NCBI GenBank assembly: GCA_028284075.1
Contig: JANQSL010000056.1
Coordinates: forward strand, 4,564 to 68,563
Source of the DNA: Candidatus Sumerlaeia bacterium
Lineage (GTDB): Bacteria > Sumerlaeota > Sumerlaeia > SLMS01 > JAHLLQ01
Reading direction: 5' to 3'
Length of the DNA: 64,000 nucleotides
Both the position numbers and the translations under genes were made by a program. The notes under the pieces are model-generated. The model saw nothing but the letters and a program-made list of their open reading frames with translations, was not told the DNA's origin and searched no databases. Position 1 is the stretch's first letter, and every line of letters begins with the position of its first letter. This document shows positions 8,618 to 18,336 of the stretch, one piece after another.

Positions 8618-11600
8618 TGGTTAACATTGCCGAGTTCTGCATTCGGCACAAACTCAGCACGCTGGTGCTTACGGCCGTGCTCGTCGTGGGCGGTCTGGTT
8701 GCCTATCAGGGCATGGGACGTCTGGAGGATCCCGAGTTCACGATCAAGGATGCTCTTGTCATCACGTCCTATCCGGGTGCCACCGCGGAGGAAGTGGAAC
8801 GAGAGGTCACGGACATTGTCGAGAAGGCTGTTCAGAAGCTCAGTCAGCTGGATGAGATTGAGTCGCGTTCCCAGCCGGGTCTGTCGACCATCACGGTCAC
8901 TATCAAGGATAAATACGACAAGACGACACTCCCTCAAGTCTGGGATGAGCTGAGGCGAAAAGTCAGCGATGCGGAAGGTGATTTGCCCCCGGGAGCCGGC
9001 ATGCCTTCCGTTATCGACGATTTTGGTGATGTTTTTGGGATTTTCTTTGCCGTTACGGGGGACGGGTACACTGTCAAGGAACTGGAGGACTACGCCGAGT
9101 TTTTGCAGCGTGAGTTGCTACTTGTTCAGGACGTTGCAAAAATCGATATCTTTGGAGCTCAACCGGAAGCCGTTTATATAGAACTTTTCCGCGAAAAGCT
9201 CAGCCAGTTCGGCCTTACGAAGGAGGACATTTACAAGGCGCTTTCTGACAAGAATCTCGTTGCCAATTCCGGCCGCTACAAAGTTGGCCGTGAATATATC
9301 GGACTTCGCCCAACCGGAGAATTCACTTCGGTTGAAGAGTTCGGTGAGCTTCTGATCACCGCCTACGGGGCGGAGGACGATGACCTTCGTCTCGTTTACC
9401 TGAAGGATGTCGCGCGGATTGCCAGGGAGTACGTCACTCCGCCGCAAACCATGCTTCGCATGGATGGGAAGCCTGCTGTCGGAATTGCAATTTCCACGGT
9501 CTCCGGCGGTAATGTCGTGGTGATGGGTGATGCCCTCCAGAAACGTCTTCAGGAACTGGAGACCATGCGTCCGGTCGGTATCGAGTTTCATCGGATTTCC
9601 ATTCAGTCCGAGGCGGTTACCGCAGCCATAAGTGGATTCGTTATCAGCCTTCTCGAAGCGGTTGTGATCGTTATTATCGTTCTCATGCTTTTTATGGGCC
9701 TGCGGTCCGGCATCCTGATTGGTGCCATCCTCTTTATCACGATCCTTGGCTCCTTCATTTTCATGAGTATGCAAGGGATTATGCTCGAGCGTATTTCCCT
9801 CGGTGCTTTGATCATTGCTCTGGGAATGCTGGTGGATAACGCCATTGTCGTAACCGATGGCATTCTGGTGCGGATCCAGAAGGGAGAGGAGCGTGTCAAG
9901 GCCGCCGCAGCCGTGGTTTCCCAAAACCAGATACCGCTGTTGGGCGCCACTGTCGTCGCTGTCACCGCATTCGCCGCAATCGGGACTTCTCAGGACAGCA
10001 CCGGCGAGTATTGTCGTTCATTGTTTCAGGTTATCATGATTTCCCTGCTGTTTAGCTGGGTGACGGCTGTCACCGTCACTCCCGTTCTTTGCGTCATGTT
10101 TCTTCGAGCGGATCCCGGCACCTCTCAGGAGGATCCTTACAACAAAGGGTTCTACGCAAAGTATAGAAGGTTTCTTGCCAAATGTCTGAAAATGAGATGG
10201 CCGGTATGCGTGTTGATGGTTGGCCTGCTTGTGGTTTCTCTTTTCGGTTTCAAGCAGGTGAAACAGAGTTTTTTCCCGAATTCCACGCGCCCCCAGTTCA
10301 TGATTGATTTCTGGATGCCCGAAGGGACTCACATCGAAGAAACGGCGGCGGAGGCGGCGACGGTGGAAGAGTATCTTCTTGGTGTCGAGGGCGTTGCGGG
10401 CATCACCACCGGTATCAACAAGGGACTTCCACGGTTTCTTCTGACTTACTCGCCGGAAAAGACAAATCCGGCCTATGCTTTTTTTCTCGTCTCCGTGGAT
10501 GACTACAAGCAGATCGATTCTCTGATGCAGGAGATTCAGACCGCACTGGAGACGGATTATCCTCACACGATTCCACAGGCATACAAGTTCATGCTGGGAC
10601 CGGGGGATGCTCAAAAGATTCAAATTCGCTTCATGGGGCCTGAAATCAGTGTCATCCGAGACCTTTCGGAACAGGCGACGGATATCATGCACGCGGACGG
10701 CGGTATGATCGGCATCACGACGGACGCCCGGACCATGATCAAGGATTACCGCCCGATCGTTTCCGAGGCCCAGGCACGTCGGAACGGTATCGACAGACCT
10801 GACATCGCGAAGGTCCTTCGAGAGTCCTGGGATGGAAGGCCTGTCGCTACATATCGTGAAGGCAACGAGCTTCTTTCGATCATTTCACGCGTTCCGGAAT
10901 CGGAGCGCGGAGATCTGCAGGATCTCGAGAACATGCAGATCCACAGCCCCGCTGCGGGAAAGATGATTCCCCTTCGTCAAATCGTTGCCGGCTTTGAAAC
11001 GGAATTTGTTGATTCGATCATTATGCGCAAAGATCGCACGCGGATGATTACGGCAAAGTGCAATCCACGCACAGGGCTTGCTTCCGAGGCTCTACAGCGC
11101 ATTCTCCCGCAGCTGCAGCAGATTGAAATTCCCGCCGGTTACAGAATGGAACTGGGAGGAGAGTATGAAGATTCATCCAGGGCGAAGGCAGCTCTCTTTG
11201 GCAAGGTCCCGCTCTTCCTTTTGATGATGGTGTTGATTGTCATTTTACTCTTCGATTCTCTCAGGAAACCACTCGTCATCTGGCTAACCGTTCCCCTGGC
11301 GGTTATTGGTGTGACTGTGGGTCTTCTCGGGACAAACCAGCCTTTCGGGTTTATGGCACTGCTCGGATTCATGAGCCTGACAGGCATGCTGATCAAGAAT
11401 GCGATCGTCCTGGTGGACGAAATCGGTATTCAAACGAACGGGGGACTGTCGGAATGGGATGCTGTTCTGACCGCAGGCGTGAGTCGCATGCGCCCCGTTC
11501 TCATGGCTGCTGCAACCACGGTTCTTGGGATGATTCCCCTGATTTTCGATGCATTCTTCGTCTCGATGGCAGTGACGATTATGGCAGGACTGACGTTCGC

Positions 11601-11760
11601 ATCAATTCTGACACTGGTTGTGGTACCTGTTCTCTACGTGATAATTTTCAAGATTCCCTCACCCCCTGATATGACGGCAGCCCCGGAGCCTGAGACTGCA
11701 TTGAGCGGTGAATCGCTCAAACCGCCGGCTTCAGAAGAAGCGGATGAGTCCGCGAATTAA
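8617..11760 (+). CDS. RND multidrug efflux permease (AcrB/HAE1 family)
   Basis: 1047 aa with 12 transmembrane segments and two large periplasmic loops. Classic AcrB N-terminus MVNIAEFCIRHKLSTLVL. Confidence 0.95.
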   Translation: MVNIAEFCIRHKLSTLVLTAVLVVGGLVAYQGMGRLEDPEFTIKDALVITSYPGATAEEVEREVTDIVEKAVQKLSQLDEIESRSQPGLSTITVTIKDKYDKTTLPQVWDELRRKVSDAEGDLPPGAGMPSVIDDFGDVFGIFFAVTGDGYTVKELEDYAEFLQRELLLVQDVAKIDIFGAQPEAVYIELFREKLSQFGLTKEDIYKALSDKNLVANSGRYKVGREYIGLRPTGEFTSVEEFGELLITAYGAEDDDLRLVYLKDVARIAREYVTPPQTMLRMDGKPAVGIAISTVSGGNVVVMGDALQKRLQELETMRPVGIEFHRISIQSEAVTAAISGFVISLLEAVVIVIIVLMLFMGLRSGILIGAILFITILGSFIFMSMQGIMLERISLGALIIALGMLVDNAIVVTDGILVRIQKGEERVKAAAAVVSQNQIPLLGATVVAVTAFAAIGTSQDSTGEYCRSLFQVIMISLLFSWVTAVTVTPVLCVMFLRADPGTSQEDPYNKGFYAKYRRFLAKCLKMRWPVCVLMVGLLVVSLFGFKQVKQSFFPNSTRPQFMIDFWMPEGTHIEETAAEAATVEEYLLGVEGVAGITTGINKGLPRFLLTYSPEKTNPAYAFFLVSVDDYKQIDSLMQEIQTALETDYPHTIPQAYKFMLGPGDAQKIQIRFMGPEISVIRDLSEQATDIMHADGGMIGITTDARTMIKDYRPIVSEAQARRNGIDRPDIAKVLRESWDGRPVATYREGNELLSIISRVPESERGDLQDLENMQIHSPAAGKMIPLRQIVAGFETEFVDSIIMRKDRTRMITAKCNPRTGLASEALQRILPQLQQIEIPAGYRMELGGEYEDSSRAKAALFGKVPLFLLMMVLIVILLFDSLRKPLVIWLTVPLAVIGVTVGLLGTNQPFGFMALLGFMSLTGMLIKNAIVLVDEIGIQTNGGLSEWDAVLTAGVSRMRPVLMAAATTVLGMIPLIFDAFFVSMAVTIMAGLTFASILTLVVVPVLYVIIFKIPSPPDMTAAPEPETALSGESLKPPASEEADESAN

Positions 11761-11791
11761 GTCCACACAACCGCCACTGGTAGCAGGAACC

Positions 11792-13102
11792 ATGATTGAT
11801 TCGCCCAGGACACTTGTTGTTCCCCTGTGTTTTTTCTGTGCACTACTCTTGGTGACAGGTTGTACAGGGCCTCGACTGATGAAGACGCCAAACCTCATTC
11901 GAGACGCGAAGAATGATCCCTTTGCGCAAGTACCAGAGCCGCTCAGGACCAGTGAAATCAGCGTTCTCTTTGCAACGGACCGGTTTCCGGAGCAGAAGAG
12001 TTCTAACTCCTCCGTTTCTTTTGGAGCGGACAGGTCTTCTCATTTGCACGTGGGTCGTTGCATTTTGACTGTTGGCGACGACCTCTCCTGGGAGGAACTC
12101 GTCGACGCCAGTGTAAGTGGCAGGCGGAGCCGGAAGCACCGCTTAAGTATTGGAGAACCGGATGTTGTTCTTCGGTACCCTGGAACATTTTGGCGGTCAG
12201 CGCGAATCGATGATCCATCACGGGACTATGAGCACTTTCTCCAACGCAGAGTTTCAACACGGGAGGAAGTGCATCGTTTGATCGACGAATGGCTTGATGT
12301 GACACAGGACAAGGAGGCGTTCATTTTTGTCCACGGCTATAACAACGATTTCAACGATGCGGTTCGGACGATCGGCAGTCTTTGGCATTTTCTAGGCCGC
12401 AAAGGTGTTCCAATTGCTTACACCTGGCCTGCGGGAGCAGGAGGGCTCACAGGGTATACCACGGATCGAGAGTCCGGGGAGTTTACGATCTTTCATCTCA
12501 AGATGTTCCTCGAAGATCTCGCGGCCCACCCTGATCTGGAGTGGATTCATATCCTGAGCCACAGCCGCGGGACGGATGTGACGGAGACCGCGTTGCGGGA
12601 GCTGGCCATCGCGGAGCGCGCCAAAGGCGTGGACCCCCGCCAGTCTCTCAAGATCCGAAATCTCATCCTTGCATCTCCGGACATCGATATGGAGGTCGCG
12701 TCTCAGAGGATCAGCAGCGAGCGCCTGCCGAAAGCTGTCCAGCGAACAACAATCTATCTCTCTCGAGCGGATCGCGCTCTCAAGTTGTCATCGTGGCTAC
12801 AGGGCAGTTGGTCCCGCCTGGGCCTCATGAACGTAGACACTTTTACGCCGGCTCAACTTCAGGCTCTGGCTTTTTTTCCCACCGTGGAGTTGATTGATAC
12901 CGATATCGAAACGGACCTTATCGGTCATGGCTACTTTTACAGCAACCCTTCCGTGAGTTCCGACGTCATTCTCATCCTTCGCGATGATCTTGGCCCCGGC
13001 GCGGAGAACGGAAGGCCACTTAAGCCTCTCGGAACAGGCCTTTGGCGCATTGAGGAAGGTTATCCAGGGGGGAAAGCCTCGCTGTTTGATCTGATTCGTT
13101 GA
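11792..13102 (+). CDS. Alpha/beta hydrolase, DUF900 family (lipoprotein)
   Basis: FVHGYNNDF and ILSHSRGTDV motifs. Lipobox LLVTGCTG at the chosen internal start MIDSPRTLVV. Confidence 0.7.
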   Translation: MIDSPRTLVVPLCFFCALLLVTGCTGPRLMKTPNLIRDAKNDPFAQVPEPLRTSEISVLFATDRFPEQKSSNSSVSFGADRSSHLHVGRCILTVGDDLSWEELVDASVSGRRSRKHRLSIGEPDVVLRYPGTFWRSARIDDPSRDYEHFLQRRVSTREEVHRLIDEWLDVTQDKEAFIFVHGYNNDFNDAVRTIGSLWHFLGRKGVPIAYTWPAGAGGLTGYTTDRESGEFTIFHLKMFLEDLAAHPDLEWIHILSHSRGTDVTETALRELAIAERAKGVDPRQSLKIRNLILASPDIDMEVASQRISSERLPKAVQRTTIYLSRADRALKLSSWLQGSWSRLGLMNVDTFTPAQLQALAFFPTVELIDTDIETDLIGHGYFYSNPSVSSDVILILRDDLGPGAENGRPLKPLGTGLWRIEEGYPGGKASLFDLIR

Positions 13103-13196
13103 AACGTAATTGGAACTCTTCCCGGTCTGCCGAGAGTCATTCAAGGACGTTTCCCGATGCTTTGTTCATTGCTTCCGTCATATTCACCGATTTGAC

Positions 13197-13535
13197 TTAA
13201 TCAAAAGGTTCGCTGATACTATAGATCTTCTTCCAGAGAACACAGTACTTATCGTCATTTAGCGTGAACAACGTCTCAGGCACCGCTGCGTTTTTTTTCC
13301 TGAGGTCGAGTTCGAAAGCCGTCAAGCGGCCGGATAACATCTTGTTCACCGAACCGGAGGATTTGCTCAGGAGGATTTCTTCGAAAGAACGCGATGCGCT
13401 CCGGATACTCTTGCACCGCATCGGCCATGGCAGCTCCGGAATCCATAAACCAGCGGTTGTAGTGGTCTTCCGTGACCGGAAACGCGTCAGAGTGTTTCTA
13501 CGCAAGGTGCCATCAGGGTAGGATAGCATACACAT
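13197..13535 (-). CDS. Hypothetical small protein, weakly supported
   Basis: The 3' part of ORF 13197..13706, which does not overlap glpF. No recognisable motifs and GC lower than the surroundings. Confidence 0.2.
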   Translation of the reverse strand: MCMLSYPDGTLRRNTLTRFRSRKTTTTAGLWIPELPWPMRCKSIRSASRSFEEILLSKSSGSVNKMLSGRLTAFELDLRKKNAAVPETLFTLNDDKYCVLWKKIYSISEPFD

Positions 13536-13621
13536 GCCGCTCCGGCCAGTTGTATGCGCTTTTTCATTCATGAATCTCCACTGGTTCCGGAGCCTTGCCT
13601 GGCTTTCCCGGTGCGCGTGAT

Positions 13622-14362
13622 TCAACCACCTGCGACAAGTTTGACTCCAGCCGCAAGCAGTCCTCCAATCAAGGGTCCGGCTACAGGTATCCATGCGTAT
13701 CCCCAATCACTTCCACCCTTGCCCGGAACCGGCAAGACCGCGTGGGCAATGCGAGGGCCAAGGTCGCGTGCCGGATTGATTGCGTACCCTGTGGGTCCTC
13801 CCAGGCCGAGACCGATCACAAAAACCAGCAAGCCGACCGGTATGGCGCCGACACTTCCAAGCCCAACAACTCCTACAGTACCCTCCAGACTTTCAAATGA
13901 CCCGGATGTAAAGTAAAGGCAAACAAGAACAAGTACGAATGTCCCTGTTGCTTCAGTCAGAAGGTTCCAGCCGGGCGACCGAATCGCTGGGGCTGTTGCG
14001 AACGTCGCCAGTTTTCCTGCGGAATCGTTGGTAGCCTGGTAATGTTTGTAGTAGGAAAGAAAAGCCAGTGTTGTCCCCGTAAAGGCCCCGGCAAGTTGTG
14101 AAACAATGTAGAGTGGAACCATGTGCCAATCGAAGACCCCTGCGGCCGCCAGTCCGATGGTAACTGCAGGATTCAGGTGTGCTCCGCTGTATTGGCCCAC
14201 GCACGCCACGGCCGCAAAGACGGCAAATCCCCATCCCGCCGTGATGACAATCCAGCCGCTGCCGTGGCCCTTTGTCTCTTTCAGCACCACATTCGCGACA
14301 ACACCGTTGCCAAGAAGGAGCAGAATGGCAGTGCCGATGAACTCAGCGACATAAACATTCAT
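13622..14362 (-). CDS. glpF: Aquaglyceroporin GlpF (MIP family)
   Basis: Two NPA boxes (HLNPAVT and NPARD). Start MNVYVAEFIGTA inside ORF 13622..14512. Confidence 0.9.
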   Translation of the reverse strand: MNVYVAEFIGTAILLLLGNGVVANVVLKETKGHGSGWIVITAGWGFAVFAAVACVGQYSGAHLNPAVTIGLAAAGVFDWHMVPLYIVSQLAGAFTGTTLAFLSYYKHYQATNDSAGKLATFATAPAIRSPGWNLLTEATGTFVLVLVCLYFTSGSFESLEGTVGVVGLGSVGAIPVGLLVFVIGLGLGGPTGYAINPARDLGPRIAHAVLPVPGKGGSDWGYAWIPVAGPLIGGLLAAGVKLVAGG

Positions 14363-14372
14363 GATGATTTCC

Positions 14373-15941
14373 CTATGGCTTATAGAGATATGAAGAAGCG
14401 ATTGCCGTGAATTCCCGCACTTCGCTCTTAATCCATCCGGAGTCACGGCCGAGTTCACTAGCCATGATTTCACCAACTCGAGGAGCGGCTTCAATCGCTG
14501 CCGCGGCATCAAAGAGAAGGGAACGAGTCCGCCGTGCCAGCATATCGTCCACTGTTCTTGCCATCTCCCGCCTGCAGGCCCACTGCACTTCCGTGCCTGT
14601 CAAAGACAGGCACGGATGAACCGGCTGGCTCATTGTTTTGTCTGCTTCCGCCAGGAGCTCGATCTCCGTTGCATCGGAACCGTAGAAGGCAAACTTTCCG
14701 AATCGTCCCGCGTTACGATGGTAACCATGAATCGGAAGACGTTTAGTCACACATTCACTCGGTTCGAGATCGGCCAGAGTAACAGCTTGATCCACAACAT
14801 CCTCTGCCATTTTCCGATATGTTGTCCATTTTCCGCCGGCGACAGTCATCAGTCCGGAGGCGGGATCGATAAGAATCGTATGGTCCCGTGACAGTGCCGC
14901 TGTATTCTCACCGTCGCCCAACTTTACAAGAGGACGGATGCCTGCAAAAACGCTGCGGACATCTCGTGCTCCTGCGGGTCGCGCAAGATATCGGTTCGCC
15001 GTTTCGAGAATAAACTCCACCTCTTCCTGCAGGGGACGTGGTTCGAGCTCCACTTCGTCCACGGGAGTGTCTGTTGTTCCAACCACCGTGACGTCATGCC
15101 ACGGAATCGCGAACATTACGCGGCCGTCGTCTGTATGCGGAACCATGATTGCCGAGTCACCCGACAGGAACGAACGATCCAGCACAATATGCACACCCTG
15201 GCTGGGTGCAATCATCGGCGAAGCGTCCGGCTTGTCCAGCCTGCGAACATCGTCAGCAAAGGGGCCCGTCGCGTTGACAACCACTTTGCCGGGAATACTT
15301 ATCTCATGGCCCGACTCGAAGTCCTTCGCAACCACTCCTTCCACCAACCCGGCATCGTCTTTCAGGAGTTCTGTGACCGTCGCGTAATTCAAGAGTGTCC
15401 CCCCCTGTTCGAAGGCGGTTGTCGCCAGGTTAATAGCGAGGCGTGCATCGTCAAACTGTCCATCGAAGTAGCGGGTGCCACCAAGAAGACCATCTGTTTT
15501 GATGGATGGAATTTCCTCAACCACACTGTCCCTCGAAACAATGGTCGACTTGCCGAATCCGTAGCGTCCTGCCAGCAGATCGTAAACCTTCAATCCGATA
15601 CCATAGAACGGGGATTCCCACCACACATAGCTCGGTACAATAAAGGCGACGTCTCGGACAAGGTGAGGTGCATTGCGCAGTAACAGGCCTCGCTCCTTCA
15701 GCGCCTCCATGACAAGCGACACATTGCCCTGCTGCAGGTAGCGAACGCCGCCATGGACCAGTTTTGTCGACCGGCTTGATGTGCCTTTGGCAAAATCCGA
15801 TTGTTCAAGCAGAAGCACATCGTAGCCACGGGACGCGGCATCCACTGCCGTCCCAAGTCCCGTCGCACCACCCCCCACAACAATAATGTCCCATGGCTCT
15901 TTGCGATCCGTGATGTTCGAGAGCATGTCATTGCGATTCAT
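14373..15941 (-). CDS. glpD: FAD-dependent glycerol-3-phosphate dehydrogenase (GlpD type)
   Basis: [22 protein letters not shown] dinucleotide-binding fold and ~520 aa length. Lies between glpK and glpF. Confidence 0.9.
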   Translation of the reverse strand: MNRNDMLSNITDRKEPWDIIVVGGGATGLGTAVDAASRGYDVLLLEQSDFAKGTSSRSTKLVHGGVRYLQQGNVSLVMEALKERGLLLRNAPHLVRDVAFIVPSYVWWESPFYGIGLKVYDLLAGRYGFGKSTIVSRDSVVEEIPSIKTDGLLGGTRYFDGQFDDARLAINLATTAFEQGGTLLNYATVTELLKDDAGLVEGVVAKDFESGHEISIPGKVVVNATGPFADDVRRLDKPDASPMIAPSQGVHIVLDRSFLSGDSAIMVPHTDDGRVMFAIPWHDVTVVGTTDTPVDEVELEPRPLQEEVEFILETANRYLARPAGARDVRSVFAGIRPLVKLGDGENTAALSRDHTILIDPASGLMTVAGGKWTTYRKMAEDVVDQAVTLADLEPSECVTKRLPIHGYHRNAGRFGKFAFYGSDATEIELLAEADKTMSQPVHPCLSLTGTEVQWACRREMARTVDDMLARRTRSLLFDAAAAIEAAPRVGEIMASELGRDSGWIKSEVREFTAIASSYLYKP

Positions 15942-17437
15942 GAGGATCCTCCTGATTCCCAGTTTGCAGCCCGCTCAACAGCCTCATCCCATCGTGCTCG
16001 AAGTTGTCTTGCCTGGTTCTCGGGCATTTGAGGTTCAAAGCGCCGATCCATTCGCCAGTTTGTGGCAATTTCCTCCTCTGAGTTCCAGTAGCCAACCGCC
16101 AGCCCCGCCATATACGCAGCTCCCAGAGCAGTTGTTTCCAGAACCACGGGTCGTACCACGGGGATTCCGAGAATGTCCGATTGGAATTGCATCAGAAGGT
16201 CATTTGCCGCGGCTCCGCCATCGACACGCAGTTCCGATATGCCATCTCCCGCATCCTGCTCCATGACCGAAATCAGGTCGGCAACCTCATAGGCAATTCC
16301 TTCCAAAGCCGCCCGGGCGATGTGAGCATCTGTGGTACCACGGGTGATTCCCACGATTGCGCCGCGTGCATACGGATCCCAGTGGGGTGCTCCCAGTCCT
16401 GCCAGCGCCGGCACGAGATAGACACCGCCATTGTTCTTCACACTGCTCGCAAGTGCTTCCACATCCGCGGAATTGCGAATGATCTTCAAGCCGTCGCGCA
16501 GCCACTGGACAATGGCGCCTCCAACGAAGACGCTTCCCTCCAAAGCGTACGTTGTTTTGCCATTCCGCTCCCATGCAATGGTCGACAGGAGGTTGTGCTG
16601 CGAAACGTGCGCTTCCGCTCCCGTGTTCATGAGGAGAAAACAGCCCGTACCGTAAGTGTTCTTGGCCATACCCGGCTTAAAGCAGGTTTGTCCCATCGTG
16701 GCTCCCTGCTGATCCCCGATGATACCTGCAAGTGGAACCTTTTGCGTGGCGAGGCTCGTGGTTATTTCCCCGTATACCTCAGAACTGGGCCGGACGTCCG
16801 GCAGCATGCTCCGTGGAACGTTCAGGATTTTCAGGAGCTCTTCGTCCCACTCCTTTTTGTGAATGTTGAACAGGAGCGTGCGGGACGCGTTGCTTGCATC
16901 GGTGATGTGCAGTTTGCCACTGCTCAACTTGTTGGCAAGCCACGAGTCAACCGTACCAAACGCTAGTTCGCCCCGCTCGGCCTTCTTTCGCGCCCCAGCC
17001 ACGTTGTCCAGAATCCAGGCGATCTTTGTTCCGGAAAAATAGGCATCAAGAACAAGCCCCGTCCTTGTCCGAAATGTTTCCTCCAGCCCTTCAACGCGAA
17101 GACGGTCGCAAACCGGAGCTGTGCGACGATCCTGCCACACGATTGCATTGCAGATCGGATTACCGCTCTTGCGTTCCCAGACAATGGTGGTTTCCCGCTG
17201 GTTTGTGATGCCAACGGCGGCAATGTCTCGTGCGCGGATGTGGGCCCGCCCCAGCGCCTCCACCGCAACTCCAGCCTGTGTTGACCAGATCTCGTTGGGA
17301 TCATGCTCCACCCAGCCGGGTTGGGGGAAGAGTTGCTGGAACTCCTTTTGGGCGACCGAAATGATTCGCCCTTCACGATCAAAGATGATCGCCCGTGAAC
17401 TGGTCGTTCCCTGATCAAGGGCCATGACGTATGCCAT
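15938..17437 (-). CDS. glpK: Glycerol kinase
   Basis: [16 protein letters not shown] and [12 protein letters not shown]-family motifs. Its stop overlaps the glpD start by 4 nt. Confidence 0.95.
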   Translation of the reverse strand: MAYVMALDQGTTSSRAIIFDREGRIISVAQKEFQQLFPQPGWVEHDPNEIWSTQAGVAVEALGRAHIRARDIAAVGITNQRETTIVWERKSGNPICNAIVWQDRRTAPVCDRLRVEGLEETFRTRTGLVLDAYFSGTKIAWILDNVAGARKKAERGELAFGTVDSWLANKLSSGKLHITDASNASRTLLFNIHKKEWDEELLKILNVPRSMLPDVRPSSEVYGEITTSLATQKVPLAGIIGDQQGATMGQTCFKPGMAKNTYGTGCFLLMNTGAEAHVSQHNLLSTIAWERNGKTTYALEGSVFVGGAIVQWLRDGLKIIRNSADVEALASSVKNNGGVYLVPALAGLGAPHWDPYARGAIVGITRGTTDAHIARAALEGIAYEVADLISVMEQDAGDGISELRVDGGAAANDLLMQFQSDILGIPVVRPVVLETTALGAAYMAGLAVGYWNSEEEIATNWRMDRRFEPQMPENQARQLRARWDEAVERAANWESGGSS

Positions 17438-18336
17438 GCTGACCTCCGGCTGTTTGGTTTGGGGACGTGATGAGTATCGAAAAACTCTTTTACCGTTGCT
17501 ATTCCCTCATACTCTCATCATGAGGGACAACCATGAAATGACGATCGGGTTACAACTTAATGCCTTTCAAACAGTTCTCTTAGGCGTCATTTCCATGTCT
17601 TGCTCAGGGTGATTCAGGTCTGGTGGTTAATCTCACACGAAGCGATGAGATCATACTCTCCGTCATCGTTTACTCATTGCATAAACCACGGCGACCTCAC
17701 CGGTTTATCGGCTGTGACCTTTGCATCCACCCGGGTTTTGTACCTCTCTCTTCTGTAGAGAGAAACGGTCAGGCATCTGTCAACAGACGGACCCGACGGC
17801 TCTGGTTATGAGACAGAAGGCTTCAAGGATACGTCGTCTTTATTGCCGTGATCGGAGGTTTTCTCTTTGGCCTTCGACAGCGGTGTCGATTCACGAGACC
17901 TGAGTGCGATTCAAGATGAGTTCGATTCGTCGAGTGCTGGAACAGGCTTTTCCATGGCATCCGTGCTGCTTGGGTGTACGGCTGCAGTTCTTCTTGCCGC
18001 AGGATCGCGAGCTTTCTGGTAGCCATGACATTTCTCGTTTTTCTCGCCACGGTTGGACTAACGGGAGTTCGCGGATTCTATGCCGCATAAACGCTCACGT
18101 CGATAGTCTTCGTTTGTTTATTGATTCCCAGGATAAAGGGAAGGTCATTGGGGGAGACATGGAAGATGAAGAGATGATAAGGCTTATGGTTCAGTAAATA
18201 GTCGCGATAGGGCTCCGTTCCTTTCGAACGAGTCCGTCTATGACGGGTACGCCGGAGTAAATTTGGAGCGAATCTCGACTTGTCACAGAGTGATAAGATG
18301 TTTTTTCTCGGGAAACGAAATGATTCATAACCACCG

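Noticed and set aside
9118-9924. 268 aa antisense ORF inside the RND permease gene, with similar antisense ORFs inside atpA (39804..40679), napA (25974..26765), the kinase gene and others
   Set aside because: These lie entirely within strongly supported genes on the opposite strand and show no motifs. They are typical high-GC antisense open frames.
13197-13706. Full 169 aa minus-strand ORF
   Set aside because: Its 5' third overlaps the glpF 3' end in another frame. Only the non-overlapping part is retained, as a low-confidence hypothetical.
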